Shown: positions 40,801-49,937 of the stretch, in pieces | Layout of the letters: the number at the start of each line of letters is the position of its first letter | How positions within the stretch are numbered: the stretch's first letter is position 1 | NCBI GenBank assembly: GCA_963695225.1 | Contig: OY968762.1 | Location: forward strand, 640,001-704,000 | Origin: Vulcanimicrobiota bacterium | GTDB lineage: Bacteria > Vulcanimicrobiota > Vulcanimicrobiia > Vulcanimicrobiales > Vulcanimicrobiaceae | Length of the DNA stretch: 64,000 nt | Direction of reading: 5' to 3' | Program-made: the position numbers and the translations under genes | The notes under the pieces: generated by a model | The model's database searches: none | The model's input: the letters and a program-made list of their open reading frames with translations, nothing else | Told to the model about the DNA's origin: nothing

Positions 40801-41143
40801 GGGCGCCGCGGACGCGCCGCAAGGCCCTACGGAACTGGCGCTCGCTAAGCTGATCGGCGAACTGCTCGGCCGCGAAACGATCCATCGAGACGACGACATC
40901 TTCTCGCTCGGGGCACACTCGTTGCTAGGCATGCGCATCGTCGCGCGCATCGCGCAGACGTTCGGCGTCGACCTCGCACTCCGCGACCTCTTCGACCGGC
41001 CGACGGTCGCCGAGCTCGCGAAGAAGATCGACGCCGACGCAAGCGCGCCGCGGGCCGATTCCGCTGCTCCGATCGCGCGGGCCAAGCGGCGCGAGGGGCC
41101 GACGTTCGCGGAGCTCGCGCAGCGCCTCTCAAGACGAAGCTGA
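37883..41143 (+). CDS. Non-ribosomal peptide synthetase, C-A-T
   Basis: HHLIHDG; YTSGSTGKPKG, NGYGPTE, YRTGD; IFSLGAHSL. Confidence 0.93.
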   Translation: MFRGRLMVGTVDFPTSFSQERLWVLQHLEPGGRAYQFQASLTFDGALDAEALESSLRDIVQRHDIFRTTFPGIDGRPVQRVHADAPFELPLVDLSAFSSESEVQARLQAAIAAEVERPFDIERLPLVRWTLVRIRPDRHVLTHVEHHLIHDGWSFYVFLDELATLYRAHASGERAVLPPLGLTFGEVAARMRCAEETQAFAGQLAYWRGRLAGAQPALQLPADRIRPAVQTYEGASVWSEIPQTLRASLSTLGQREGCTPFMTMFAAFTALLHRYTGESDLCVGTGVAARGPGEERALGMLVNNVTLRTDLSGDPTFVELLRRVRTTTLDAYDHQDVPFDRVVRAVRPVRDRAIHPLYSVMFSFHDSPAPDLSVPGATVTLTQALDNDTAKFDLNVIAIPKPSGLTLRWEYNSDIFDRETISALAEHYRRLLESILDEPDRRISRLSLMGETERRRILDLRGAQRPYERDGNVPALFARQAASTPHATALETEQAALTYAELEERANRLANHLRALGVGPETTVGLALERSAEMVVAILGILKAGGAYVPLDASYPRERLSFILRDSGARYIVTERALRERLPAEGAFVLSVDEDAKAIGAAASAAPEAGVGPESLAYVMYTSGSTGKPKGVAVVHRGIVRLARGTDFIEIEPDDVFLQLAPLGFDASTFEIWGPLLNGARLAIAPAGPRGLFELGQTLERFGVTTLWLTAALFHQMVDTDLERLCGLRRLLAGGDVVSPAHVRRFLRAHPRTQFVNGYGPTENTTFSCCYPVPSLEAVSASLPIGRPIANSTAYVLDPHRQPQPLGVPGELYVGGDGLARGYVNAPALTAERFVSDPFSEAHDARMYRTGDRVRFRRDGLIEFLGRLDNQVKIRGFRIEPSEIEVVLRAHAEVREAAVTVAEQAGERTLVAHVRLAPGSLAGEAQLRAYLRTKLPEYMVPSRIAIVEHLPSHSSGKLDRAALSQIAATPRLTGAADAPQGPTELALAKLIGELLGRETIHRDDDIFSLGAHSLLGMRIVARIAQTFGVDLALRDLFDRPTVAELAKKIDADASAPRADSAAPIARAKRREGPTFAELAQRLSRRS

Positions 41144-41269
41144 CCGCCTTCTTAGGTGGAAAGGTCCTGGGACCATCGGACCTCGGCCGCTTGTCCTGCC
41201 GGCCCTTGGACGTCTGCGGCGGGAACGAGAGAATGGTGATGGTCCGCAACCCCTTATCATCGGGAATTA

Positions 41270-43879
41270 GTGAATTTGCCTGACCGCCTCCAGGGGCTCT
41301 CCGCCGACGCGAAGCGCGAACTCTTGGCGAAACTGCTCGCCCGGGAAGTGGCGCGCGCCCGCGCCCATCCCCTTTCGTTCTCGCAGCAGCGCCTGTGGCT
41401 GCTCGACCGGATCGATCCCGGGACGCCGGCGTACAACGTTCCGCGCCACCTGCGCCTGCACGGCGCGCTCGACGTCCCGGCCCTCGAACGCGCTTGTTCC
41501 GAGATCGTCAACCGGCACGAGGTTCTCCGTTCGCGAATCGAGATGATCGACGGCGAGCCGGCCCAGGTCGTCACGCGTTCGGAGCCGCTGCGCTTCGAAA
41601 TGGCCGATCTTCGGTCGCTGGAGCCCCGCGAGCGCGAGTCGGCGCTGCGGGACCTTTCCCGCCGCGAAGCAAGCTACCGCTTCGACCTCTCCCGCGACCG
41701 CATGCTGCGCGCGCTCCTCGTCGCGCTCGGCCCCGACGAGCATGCGCTCCTCGCCACCTTCCACCATATCGCGGTCGACGGCTGGTCGATCGAGATCTTC
41801 ATGGACGAGCTCGGCACGCTCTACGACGCGTATCGCGCGGGGCGCGAGCTGGAGCTGCCCGAGCTGCCGATCCAATACGCGGATTTCGCGGTCTGGCAGC
41901 GCGAGCGTCCGGAGAGTCCGGCGGACCTCGCGTATTGGCGCGCGCGCCTCGACGGTGCGCCACCCGTCCTCACGCTTCCCTCGGACCGGCCTCGGCCGCT
42001 CGCTCCCTCCGTCGCCGGAGCGACGGCGACCGGGCTCCTCGCGCGCCCGCTCGTGGAGAAGGCGCACGCGCTCGCGCAATCGGCGGGGGCCACGCCGTTC
42101 ATGCTCCTGCTCGCCGCATTCGCCGCGCTTCTCGTCCGCTACGGGTGCGGCGACGATATCGTCGTCGGCACGCCGGCCGCCGGCCGGAACCGGCCGGAAG
42201 TCGAGCCGCTGATCGGCTTCTTCGTCAACACGTTGGCGCTGCGCGTCGATTCCTCCGGCGATCCTACGTTCCTGGATTTGATCGAACGCGTCAAGGAGAC
42301 GACGCTCGGCGCCTTCGAGCATCAGGAGCTCCCGTTCGAGCGGGTCGTCGAGGCCGTGCGGCCCCGGCGTATTCCGGGCGCGAACGCGCTCGTTCAGGTC
42401 CTCTTCGCGGTCCAGACGGCGTCGCGCGACCGTTCGACGCTCGGCAACCTAGGCATCGAAAAAATCCCCGTCGACAACGGGAGCGCGAAGTTCGACATGA
42501 CGCTCTCGCTTTCCGACGTGCGCGACGGTCTCGAGATCGCCTGCGAGTACTCGACGGCGCTCTACGACGAAACGCGCATCCGCCGCCTGTTCGCCGATTA
42601 CGCATCCGTCCTCGCGGCGGCAACGAGCGCGCCGGACACGCCCATCTCCCGCCTCGGCACGGACGATCCGGCCGCCGCGAGCGCGGAACCCGCCGCTCCT
42701 CTCGAGGCGCCCCCCGTCGCCCCGCGCAGCGCCGCCGTCGCGGCGGACGTTCCCCCGGCGCTGCGCGCCGTGTGGGAATCGATCCTCGGGACTGCGGCCT
42801 TCGGCCCCGACGAGGACTTCTTCGATCTCGGCGGCCATTCGCTGTCGGCTGCCCGGCTGCTCGCGGAATGCGAGCGGCGCTTCGGGCGCCGGCTACCCTT
42901 CGGCGCATTTTACGCGGAGCCGACGCTGCGCGCACTCGCGCGTTCGCTGGCCGACGTCGATGCCGAGCCCGAGGGCCTGATGTGGCCGTTGCGGACGGCA
43001 GGAGAACGCCGGCCGTTCTTCTTCCTCCACGGCGATACGGCCGGCGGAGGCCCGTACTGCCGCCTGATCGCGCGCGGCCTCGGCGCCGATCAACCGTTCT
43101 ACGCCTTTGCGCCGCACGGCTCCGACGGGGGCCCCGTGCCGCCCACGATCGGAGCGATGGCCGAGGATTTCCTCGCCCGGATCGCGGCGATTCAACCGGA
43201 AGGGCCGTATTCGCTCGGCGGATTCTGCCACGGCGGCGTGATCGCGTACGAAATGGCGCAACGCCTCACGGCTCGCGGCGCCGGCGTCGAGCGGCTCGTG
43301 ATCGTGAACGCTCCGGCCCCGGACGACCGGTTCCCGGTGATCCGGCACGCGTTCCGCCTCCTCGCACCGCTGCTGAAGCTGTCGCCGCGCCGCCGCCAAG
43401 TCCTCGAACTCTTGCTCCATGCCCGGATCGTGCGCTTGCGCGTGGGGCTGCGGCGCGGACCGGCGGCGGCACGCGAGGAACTGCTCGACCTGCTCCGCAG
43501 CGTGGCGCGGCACGGTTCCGGCAACGGCGAATCGCATGAGGATTTCGTCGACCCCTCGCTCGACGATGCCGCCTTCGAAGCGCTGATGCGCGCCCAGCGC
43601 GCGTACCGCCTTCGCCCGTATGCGGGGCGCCTCGCGCTGCTTTGGGCCCAAGGCGAGCCGATGCTGCACGAAGACGATCCGACGCGCGGCTGGGGGCGCT
43701 ACGTCCGCCAGATCGACATCGCCTCCATTCCCGGCGACCACATGTCGTCCGTCCTCGTACACGGGGAACACATCGGCGCGATCATCCGCCGGAAGCTTTC
43801 CGCCGACCAGTCCGCCCCCTGTCATTCCACGCCGGCCCCACCTCATCCCGAGCCGGCCCCTCAGCTCGTCGAAGGGTGA
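41270..43879 (+). CDS. Non-ribosomal peptide synthetase, C-T-TE without adenylation domain
   Basis: HHIAVDG; Ala/Pro linker; FFDLGGHSL; thioesterase GFCHGG and PGDH. Confidence 0.9.
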   Translation: MNLPDRLQGLSADAKRELLAKLLAREVARARAHPLSFSQQRLWLLDRIDPGTPAYNVPRHLRLHGALDVPALERACSEIVNRHEVLRSRIEMIDGEPAQVVTRSEPLRFEMADLRSLEPRERESALRDLSRREASYRFDLSRDRMLRALLVALGPDEHALLATFHHIAVDGWSIEIFMDELGTLYDAYRAGRELELPELPIQYADFAVWQRERPESPADLAYWRARLDGAPPVLTLPSDRPRPLAPSVAGATATGLLARPLVEKAHALAQSAGATPFMLLLAAFAALLVRYGCGDDIVVGTPAAGRNRPEVEPLIGFFVNTLALRVDSSGDPTFLDLIERVKETTLGAFEHQELPFERVVEAVRPRRIPGANALVQVLFAVQTASRDRSTLGNLGIEKIPVDNGSAKFDMTLSLSDVRDGLEIACEYSTALYDETRIRRLFADYASVLAAATSAPDTPISRLGTDDPAAASAEPAAPLEAPPVAPRSAAVAADVPPALRAVWESILGTAAFGPDEDFFDLGGHSLSAARLLAECERRFGRRLPFGAFYAEPTLRALARSLADVDAEPEGLMWPLRTAGERRPFFFLHGDTAGGGPYCRLIARGLGADQPFYAFAPHGSDGGPVPPTIGAMAEDFLARIAAIQPEGPYSLGGFCHGGVIAYEMAQRLTARGAGVERLVIVNAPAPDDRFPVIRHAFRLLAPLLKLSPRRRQVLELLLHARIVRLRVGLRRGPAAAREELLDLLRSVARHGSGNGESHEDFVDPSLDDAAFEALMRAQRAYRLRPYAGRLALLWAQGEPMLHEDDPTRGWGRYVRQIDIASIPGDHMSSVLVHGEHIGAIIRRKLSADQSAPCHSTPAPPHPEPAPQLVEG

Positions 43880-44027
43880 GCCCGCCGGCCGAGCCCGCTT
43901 CCCCCGGCCGGGCCGGGAGAGAACGTTCTCCGAGAACCGTCTCAGGCGGAAAGTTTTTCGTCCTAAAGGCAGGCTCGTAGGAGAAAAGCGGGGTAACGGA
44001 CCCGAGATACCCCGGAGGTTTCCCGCC

Positions 44028-45632
44028 ATTCTGATCGAGTCGAGTACCTTAGCCGAACGCTTGCAGGAAGACCTCGCGTCGCACGGGCTTTCGGGCTCGC
44101 AGGTCTTCCACAACCTCTCCGTCGCGGCACTCTACGAGCACGCCTTGCGCCGGAATGAGGCGCGCCTCGGCGCCGACGGTCAACTCGTCGTCGAAACCGG
44201 CACGCATACGGGCCGTTCTCCGCTGGACAAGTTCTTCGTTCGTGAACCCGGCAGCGAGAGCGCGATCGACTGGGGCGAAAGCAACCGCCCGATCTCCGCG
44301 GAACGCTTCGACGCGCTGCACGCTCGCGTCGCGGCCTACCTGAGCGGGCGCCCCGTCTACGTCCTCGACGCGTACGTCGGAGCAGATGCGCGCTATCGCT
44401 TGCCGGTGCGCGTCATCACGGAGACCGCCTGGCAGAGCCTCTTCTCGCGCAACCTCTTCATCGTGCCCGACGAGATACCGGCTGATTTCGCACCGGAGTT
44501 CACCGTCGTCGATGCCTCGAACTTCAACGCCGAGCCGGTCCGCGACGGAACGCGCTCCGGCACGTTCGTCTTGCTGAATTTCGCTCGCAAGACGGTCCTC
44601 ATCGGCGGCACACACTTCGCGGGCGAGATCAAGAAGTCGATCTTCACCGTCATGAACTACACGATGCCGCTACGCGGCGTCCTGCCGATGCACTGCTCGG
44701 CGAACGTCGGCCCCGCCGGCGCCACGGCAATCTTCTTCGGCCTCTCCGGGACCGGGAAGACGACGCTCTCGGCGGATGCCGCGCGCCCCTTGATCGGCGA
44801 CGACGAACACGGCTGGTCGAACGACGGCGTATTCAATTTCGAAGGAGGCTGTTACGCCAAAGTCATCCGTCTCTCTCAGAGCGCGGAGCCGGAGATCTGG
44901 GACGCGTCGCACCGCTTCGGCACGGTGCTCGAGAACGTCGCGATCGACCCCGAAACGCGCCGCCTCGATCTAGACTCCGCCGCGAAGACGGAGAACACGC
45001 GCAGCGCGTATCCGCTAAGCTTCATCCCGAACGTCGTCGCCGGCTCGATCGGCGGCCATCCCAAGACGATCGTGATGCTGACCGCCGACGCGTTCGGCGT
45101 CTTGCCGCCGATCGCGAAGCTCTCGAACGCGCAGGCGATGTACCACTTCCTCTCCGGTTACACCGCAAAGGTCGCGGGCACCGAACGCGGCGTGACCGAG
45201 CCGACGGCGACGTTCTCGACGTGCTTCGGCGCGCCGTTCATGGTGCACCATCCAACCGTCTATGCGAAGCTGCTCGGCGAACGGATCGCCCACCACGACG
45301 TGGAGTGCTGGCTCGTCAATACGGGCTGGAGCGGCGGCAAACCCGGCGTCGGTTCGCGCATGAAGATCGCCTACACGCGGGCGATGGTCAACGCGGCGCT
45401 CGACGGATCGCTGCGCGACGTGGGATACGCGACCGAACCGTTCTTCGGGCTCGCGATTCCGAACGACGTCCCGGGCGTCCCGCGCGGCGTTCTCGTGCCG
45501 CGCAACGCCTGGAGCGACACTGCGGCGTACGACGAAGCCGCGCGGCACCTCGCAACCTTGTTCGCGGAGAACTTCGAGGCGTTCGCGGCGCAAGCCAGCC
45601 CCGAAATCAACGCCGTAGCAATCAAGCCATAG
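44028..45632 (+). CDS. pckA: Phosphoenolpyruvate carboxykinase (ATP)
   Basis: [34 protein letters not shown]; start uncertain (ATT 44028 or TTG 44061). Confidence 0.95.
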   Translation: MLIESSTLAERLQEDLASHGLSGSQVFHNLSVAALYEHALRRNEARLGADGQLVVETGTHTGRSPLDKFFVREPGSESAIDWGESNRPISAERFDALHARVAAYLSGRPVYVLDAYVGADARYRLPVRVITETAWQSLFSRNLFIVPDEIPADFAPEFTVVDASNFNAEPVRDGTRSGTFVLLNFARKTVLIGGTHFAGEIKKSIFTVMNYTMPLRGVLPMHCSANVGPAGATAIFFGLSGTGKTTLSADAARPLIGDDEHGWSNDGVFNFEGGCYAKVIRLSQSAEPEIWDASHRFGTVLENVAIDPETRRLDLDSAAKTENTRSAYPLSFIPNVVAGSIGGHPKTIVMLTADAFGVLPPIAKLSNAQAMYHFLSGYTAKVAGTERGVTEPTATFSTCFGAPFMVHHPTVYAKLLGERIAHHDVECWLVNTGWSGGKPGVGSRMKIAYTRAMVNAALDGSLRDVGYATEPFFGLAIPNDVPGVPRGVLVPRNAWSDTAAYDEAARHLATLFAENFEAFAAQASPEINAVAIKP

Positions 45633-45699
45633 CTAACCTTATCCACAAGCCTTACGCTCCAGGACGTTTTCGGGACGTTGCGTGCGGTAGGATTGTAGT

Positions 45700-45912
45700 A
45701 TGTTCGTGGAACGCGAGGAGCCCGTCGTCGGCTACGTGATCCAACGTTTCGGAGCGGTGACGCTCGCGATGACGACGCGCGTCCATTGTTTCGCCGAATT
45801 CGACGAAGCCGAGATCGAGCAACCCGGGCCGCGCCGGCTGCGCGTCGTGCCGCCGCCTCGCAACGTGATCTTGGGCTCGCACGAGGCGGAGCGCGGCGCT
45901 TCCACCTTCTAG
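45700..45912 (+). CDS. Small hypothetical protein (70 aa)
   Basis: ATG 6 nt after TAGGAT; plausible composition; no recognised family. Confidence 0.4.
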   Translation: MFVEREEPVVGYVIQRFGAVTLAMTTRVHCFAEFDEAEIEQPGPRRLRVVPPPRNVILGSHEAERGASTF

Positions 45913-46307
45913 CGTGCACCGCCCCTGAGGGCGGGAAGCGGCTCTCCCGGCCTGGGCTGGTGATGCGGCCGGAGTATGTGCAAAACGCACTCTTGTGGTT
46001 TCCACCTTGCACAATGTAGATTGTTGCCCAGCTACCATTGATCGCCGGAACAATTCTCCCAAGCCTTCGGAACGCTCAGCTCCCGGCCGGATGGTTTCCG
46101 TCAACGCTCTTCGATAGCCGTGGTGGATTTCAGTTGGAGGAATCCTCCTTTTTGGCCTGTCCGCAAAGCAGGCCTATTCTTCTGTCGGCGAGGGATTCCA
46201 GTGACGGGGAGACGGTTTGCGAAACTCGGGGGCCTCCGCGCAGGTCTGCGCGGAGCCGCGCGGATCGTTCGGACGGAGTCGGCCGATTTCCGGGGCGAGA
46301 GAGCATC

Positions 46308-48008
46308 ATGTTACTGACCGAACAGGAAAAAGCGAAAGCCTTCATCTCCAAGCTGGCCGAGAAGCACGCCCACGACCGCTCCGCGCTCATTCCGATCCTC
46401 CAAGGCGTCCAGGCGGAGTACGGGCACGTCTCGGAGTTCGCGATGCAATACGTCGGCGATCTGCTGGGGATCCACGCCGCGCAGATCTACAGCGTTGCGA
46501 CGTTCTACCAGTTCATCAACACGAAGCCGAAGGGCAAGTTCATCATTCGCCTAAGCCGCGACATGTCTTCGATCATGCGCGGGGCGAAAGCGATCGCGCG
46601 GCAGCTCGAGAACGACCTCGGCATCAAGTTCGGCGAGACGACGCCGGACGGCATGTTCACGCTGGAGTGGACGAGCTGCATCGGCATGAACTACCAAGCG
46701 CCGGCGATGATGGTCAACGACGAGGTCTTCTCGAACCTGACCCCGCAGCGCGTGCACCGGATCCTCGAGGAATGCACGGAGGGCCTCCGCTCTCGCCGTC
46801 CCGCCGTCGGAAGCGTCGGCGACACGTTCACGAACGCGCTCACCTACGCGAAGCACCAGGCGAACGCCGGACTCAGGAAGGCGCTGGCGATGCGGCCCGC
46901 CGAGGTGATCGCCGAGGTGACGGCCTCGGACATCCGCGGGCGCGGCGGCGCGGGTTTCCCCACCGGCACGAAATGGAAGCTCGCGGCGGCTGCGGCGGAC
47001 GGGATCAAGTACGTGATCTGCAACGCCGACGAAGGCGAGCCCGGTACGTTCAAAGACCGCATCATCCTCACGCATCATGCGGACCTCGTCTTCGAAGGGA
47101 TGACGATCGCCGCGTACGCGATCGGCGCGCGCGAGGGGATCATCTACCTGCGCGCCGAGTACACGCACGTCCGCACGCAGCTGGAGGAAGTCCTCGCGGC
47201 GCGGCGTGAAGCGAACCTGCTCGGCCAAGGCATCGCCGGGAAGCCGGGCTTCGATTTCGACATCCGCATCCGCATGGGCGCCGGGGCCTACGTGTGCGGC
47301 GAGGAGAGCGCGCTCATCGAGTCACTCGAAGGGCATCGCGGCGAACCGCGCAACCGCCCCCCCTATCCGGTCGAAGCGGGTTTCAATAACCGTCCGACCG
47401 TTGTGAACAACGTGGAGACGCTGGCCTCGGTCAGCATCATCCTCGACCGCGGTTCGAGATGGTTCACGAGCATGGGCACGGAGCGCTCGAAAGGGTTCAA
47501 GCTGTTCAGCGTCTCCGGCGATTGCACGCGTCCCGGAGTATACGAACTCCCTTGGGGCATGTCCGTGGAACAACTCCTCGCCCTCGTCGGCGGAGTCGGT
47601 GCGAAAGCGGTTCAGGTCGGCGGGTACTCCGGGTACCTGGTTCCGCCGAGCGAGTTCAAGCGGAAGCTGGCCTACGAGGATCTCGGGCTCGGCGGTTCCG
47701 TCATCGTGTACGGCCCCCAGCGAGATCTGCTGGAAGTTGCCGAGAACTACTTGGAGTTCTTCGTCGAGGAGTCGTGCGGCCAGTGCACGCCATGCCGCGA
47801 CGGCAACCCGAAGTTGCTCGAAGGCGTGCGCTCCCTCTTGAAGGGGACGTGCTCCACGCGATATCTGAACGAAGTGATCGGCCTCGGCGAGACGATCGCG
47901 AAGTCGTCGAAATGCGGATTGGGACAGTCGAGCCCGAAAGTGCTGCTGGCCGTCAACGAGCATTTCCGCGACGAGATCATGGCGCGCCCAATCGAAACCT
48001 CCCGCTGA
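46308..48008 (+). CDS. hydB: NADH-binding diaphorase subunit, NuoE-NuoF (HydC-HydB/HoxF-like) fusion
   Basis: N-terminal NuoE-like domain (VATFY); RGRGGAGFPTG, ADEGEPGTFKDR, YVCGEESA, ESCGQCTPCR...CGLG. Confidence 0.9.
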   Translation: MLLTEQEKAKAFISKLAEKHAHDRSALIPILQGVQAEYGHVSEFAMQYVGDLLGIHAAQIYSVATFYQFINTKPKGKFIIRLSRDMSSIMRGAKAIARQLENDLGIKFGETTPDGMFTLEWTSCIGMNYQAPAMMVNDEVFSNLTPQRVHRILEECTEGLRSRRPAVGSVGDTFTNALTYAKHQANAGLRKALAMRPAEVIAEVTASDIRGRGGAGFPTGTKWKLAAAAADGIKYVICNADEGEPGTFKDRIILTHHADLVFEGMTIAAYAIGAREGIIYLRAEYTHVRTQLEEVLAARREANLLGQGIAGKPGFDFDIRIRMGAGAYVCGEESALIESLEGHRGEPRNRPPYPVEAGFNNRPTVVNNVETLASVSIILDRGSRWFTSMGTERSKGFKLFSVSGDCTRPGVYELPWGMSVEQLLALVGGVGAKAVQVGGYSGYLVPPSEFKRKLAYEDLGLGGSVIVYGPQRDLLEVAENYLEFFVEESCGQCTPCRDGNPKLLEGVRSLLKGTCSTRYLNEVIGLGETIAKSSKCGLGQSSPKVLLAVNEHFRDEIMARPIETSR

Positions 48009-48050
48009 GCGCGCGAACGCTCGAGAGAAAGAACGCGAAGGAACCTGCAC

Positions 48051-49937
48051 GTGTGCGATACTGCCGTTAAGACCGAGACCGCCTCTCCCGCCGCCGCCGC
48101 GCCCGCCCTGATTACCGTCACGATCGACGGGACGGAAGTGACCGTCCCCGCCGGGACCTCGATCCTCGACGCCGCCAAACGCATCGGGTTACGGATACCG
48201 ACGCTGTGCGCCCATCCCGATCTCCGCGCCGTCGGTGTGTGCCGCATCTGCGTGGTCGAAGTTGCGGGGCAGCGCAGCCTGCAAGCCTCCTGCACGTACC
48301 CGATCAGCGGCCCGATGACGATCGTCACGACGAGCCCCGCGGTACGCAAGGCCCGCCGCCACATGCTCGACCTTCTGCTCGCGAATCATCACGGCGATTG
48401 CAACACCTGCAAGCGCAACAACAACTGCGAGTTACAGTCGTTGGCGGCGGAGTACGGCGTCGGGTCCTACCGTTTCGGCCAGCCCGCCGCGCCCAAGTAC
48501 GCCGTCGATCGTTCGAGCGGTTCGATCGTGCGGGACATGAACAAGTGCGTGCTCTGCCGGCGTTGCGTGCGCACCTGCAGCGAATTGCAGGACGTCGGCG
48601 CGCTGACGATCCAGGGCCGGGGCAGCAAAGCGAAGGTCACGACCTTCGCCGACAAGCCGCTGGTCTCGGTAACGTGCATCAATTGCGGCCAGTGCATCAA
48701 TCGCTGCCCGACCGGAGCGCTCACCGAAGTCGATCAAACCGACGAACTCTGGGCGATGTTGGACGATCCGAGCAAACACGTCGTGATCCAGACCGCGCCC
48801 GCACCGCGCGCCGCGATCGGCGAGTGCTTCGGGCTCGAGCCCGGGACGCCGGTCACGTTCGAGATGAATACGGCGATCAAACGGCTCGGCTTCGACGGCG
48901 TGTTCGACACGAATTTCTCCGCCGACCTCACGATCATCGAGGAAGGGACGGAGCTGCTGCTGCGCCTCTACCGGGCGTTGGCCGGGAACGACGCCACGGT
49001 GAAGCTGCCGCTGCTCACGAGCTGCTCGCCCGGATGGATCAAGTACATCGAGCACTTCTATCCGGACATGCTCGGCCATCTCTCGACCGCGAAGAGTCCG
49101 CAGCAGATGTTCGGCGCGATCATCAAGACGTACTATGCCGCGAAGAAGGGCATCGATCCCAAGGACATCGTCTCGGTGGCGCTGATGCCTTGCACCGCTA
49201 AGAAGTTCGAATGCAACCGCCCGGAGATGTGCGACAGCGGTTACAAGGATGTCGATTTCGGCATCACGGCCCGCGAGCTCGCCAAGATGGTTCGTGAATC
49301 CGGCATCGACTTGCCCAAGTTGCCGAAGACCGATTTCGACGATCCGTTCGGCATTCCGACGGGTTCCGGCGTGATCTTCGCGGCGACCGGCGGCGTGATG
49401 GAAGCCGCGCTGCGCACGGTGATCGAACTCGTCACCGGCAAGAAGGTCGAGAACTTCTACGAGCACGCGGACATCGTCCCCGTCCGCGGTTTCGAGGGGA
49501 TCCGCCTCATCGAGATCCCGATCGCGGAAGTCGGCCCCGTGCCGGCTCTGCTCGCGCCGCTCCTCCCCGACTTCGAATGGCTGAAGGGAGCGACGCTCCG
49601 CGTCGCGGTCGCGCACGGCACGGCGAACGCCCGGAAGGTCATGGAGGACATCAAGCGCGGAGGCCCGTTCAGCACGTGCCATTTCATCGAGGTGATGGCG
49701 TGCCCGGGCGGCTGCCTCGGCGGCGGCGGCCAACCGATCCCGACGAGCCCGGAGATCCGGGCGAAGCGCGCGAGGGCGATCTACGGCGAAGATGCGAGCT
49801 ACGCGATTCGCAAGTCGCACGAGAATCCGCAGATGCTGCAGATCTACGCGGACTTCTTCCCGGATGGGCCGGGCAGCCACAAGGCGCACGAACTGCTGCA
49901 CACGACCTACACGCCACGCGGCAAATTCATCTCATGA
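48051..49937 (+). CDS. hydA: [FeFe]-hydrogenase catalytic subunit, group A
   Basis: H-cluster motifs TSCSPGW, MPCTAKKFE, EVMACPGGCLGGGGQP; N-terminal [2Fe-2S], HxxxCxxC and two [4Fe-4S] motifs. Confidence 0.96.
   Translation: MCDTAVKTETASPAAAAPALITVTIDGTEVTVPAGTSILDAAKRIGLRIPTLCAHPDLRAVGVCRICVVEVAGQRSLQASCTYPISGPMTIVTTSPAVRKARRHMLDLLLANHHGDCNTCKRNNNCELQSLAAEYGVGSYRFGQPAAPKYAVDRSSGSIVRDMNKCVLCRRCVRTCSELQDVGALTIQGRGSKAKVTTFADKPLVSVTCINCGQCINRCPTGALTEVDQTDELWAMLDDPSKHVVIQTAPAPRAAIGECFGLEPGTPVTFEMNTAIKRLGFDGVFDTNFSADLTIIEEGTELLLRLYRALAGNDATVKLPLLTSCSPGWIKYIEHFYPDMLGHLSTAKSPQQMFGAIIKTYYAAKKGIDPKDIVSVALMPCTAKKFECNRPEMCDSGYKDVDFGITARELAKMVRESGIDLPKLPKTDFDDPFGIPTGSGVIFAATGGVMEAALRTVIELVTGKKVENFYEHADIVPVRGFEGIRLIEIPIAEVGPVPALLAPLLPDFEWLKGATLRVAVAHGTANARKVMEDIKRGGPFSTCHFIEVMACPGGCLGGGGQPIPTSPEIRAKRARAIYGEDASYAIRKSHENPQMLQIYADFFPDGPGSHKAHELLHTTYTPRGKFIS

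Noticed and set aside
45639..45647. Perfect DnaA box TTATCCACA
   Set aside because: Single box with no cluster or dnaA/dnaN nearby; not evidence for an origin
46038..46307. 90-aa N-terminal extension of the diaphorase
   Set aside because: Not protein-like; NuoE-like similarity starts after ATG 46308
46308..49937. Reading the locus as complex I nuoEFG or formate dehydrogenase
   Set aside because: All three H-cluster motifs and hydEFG are present; no molybdopterin domain or other nuo genes
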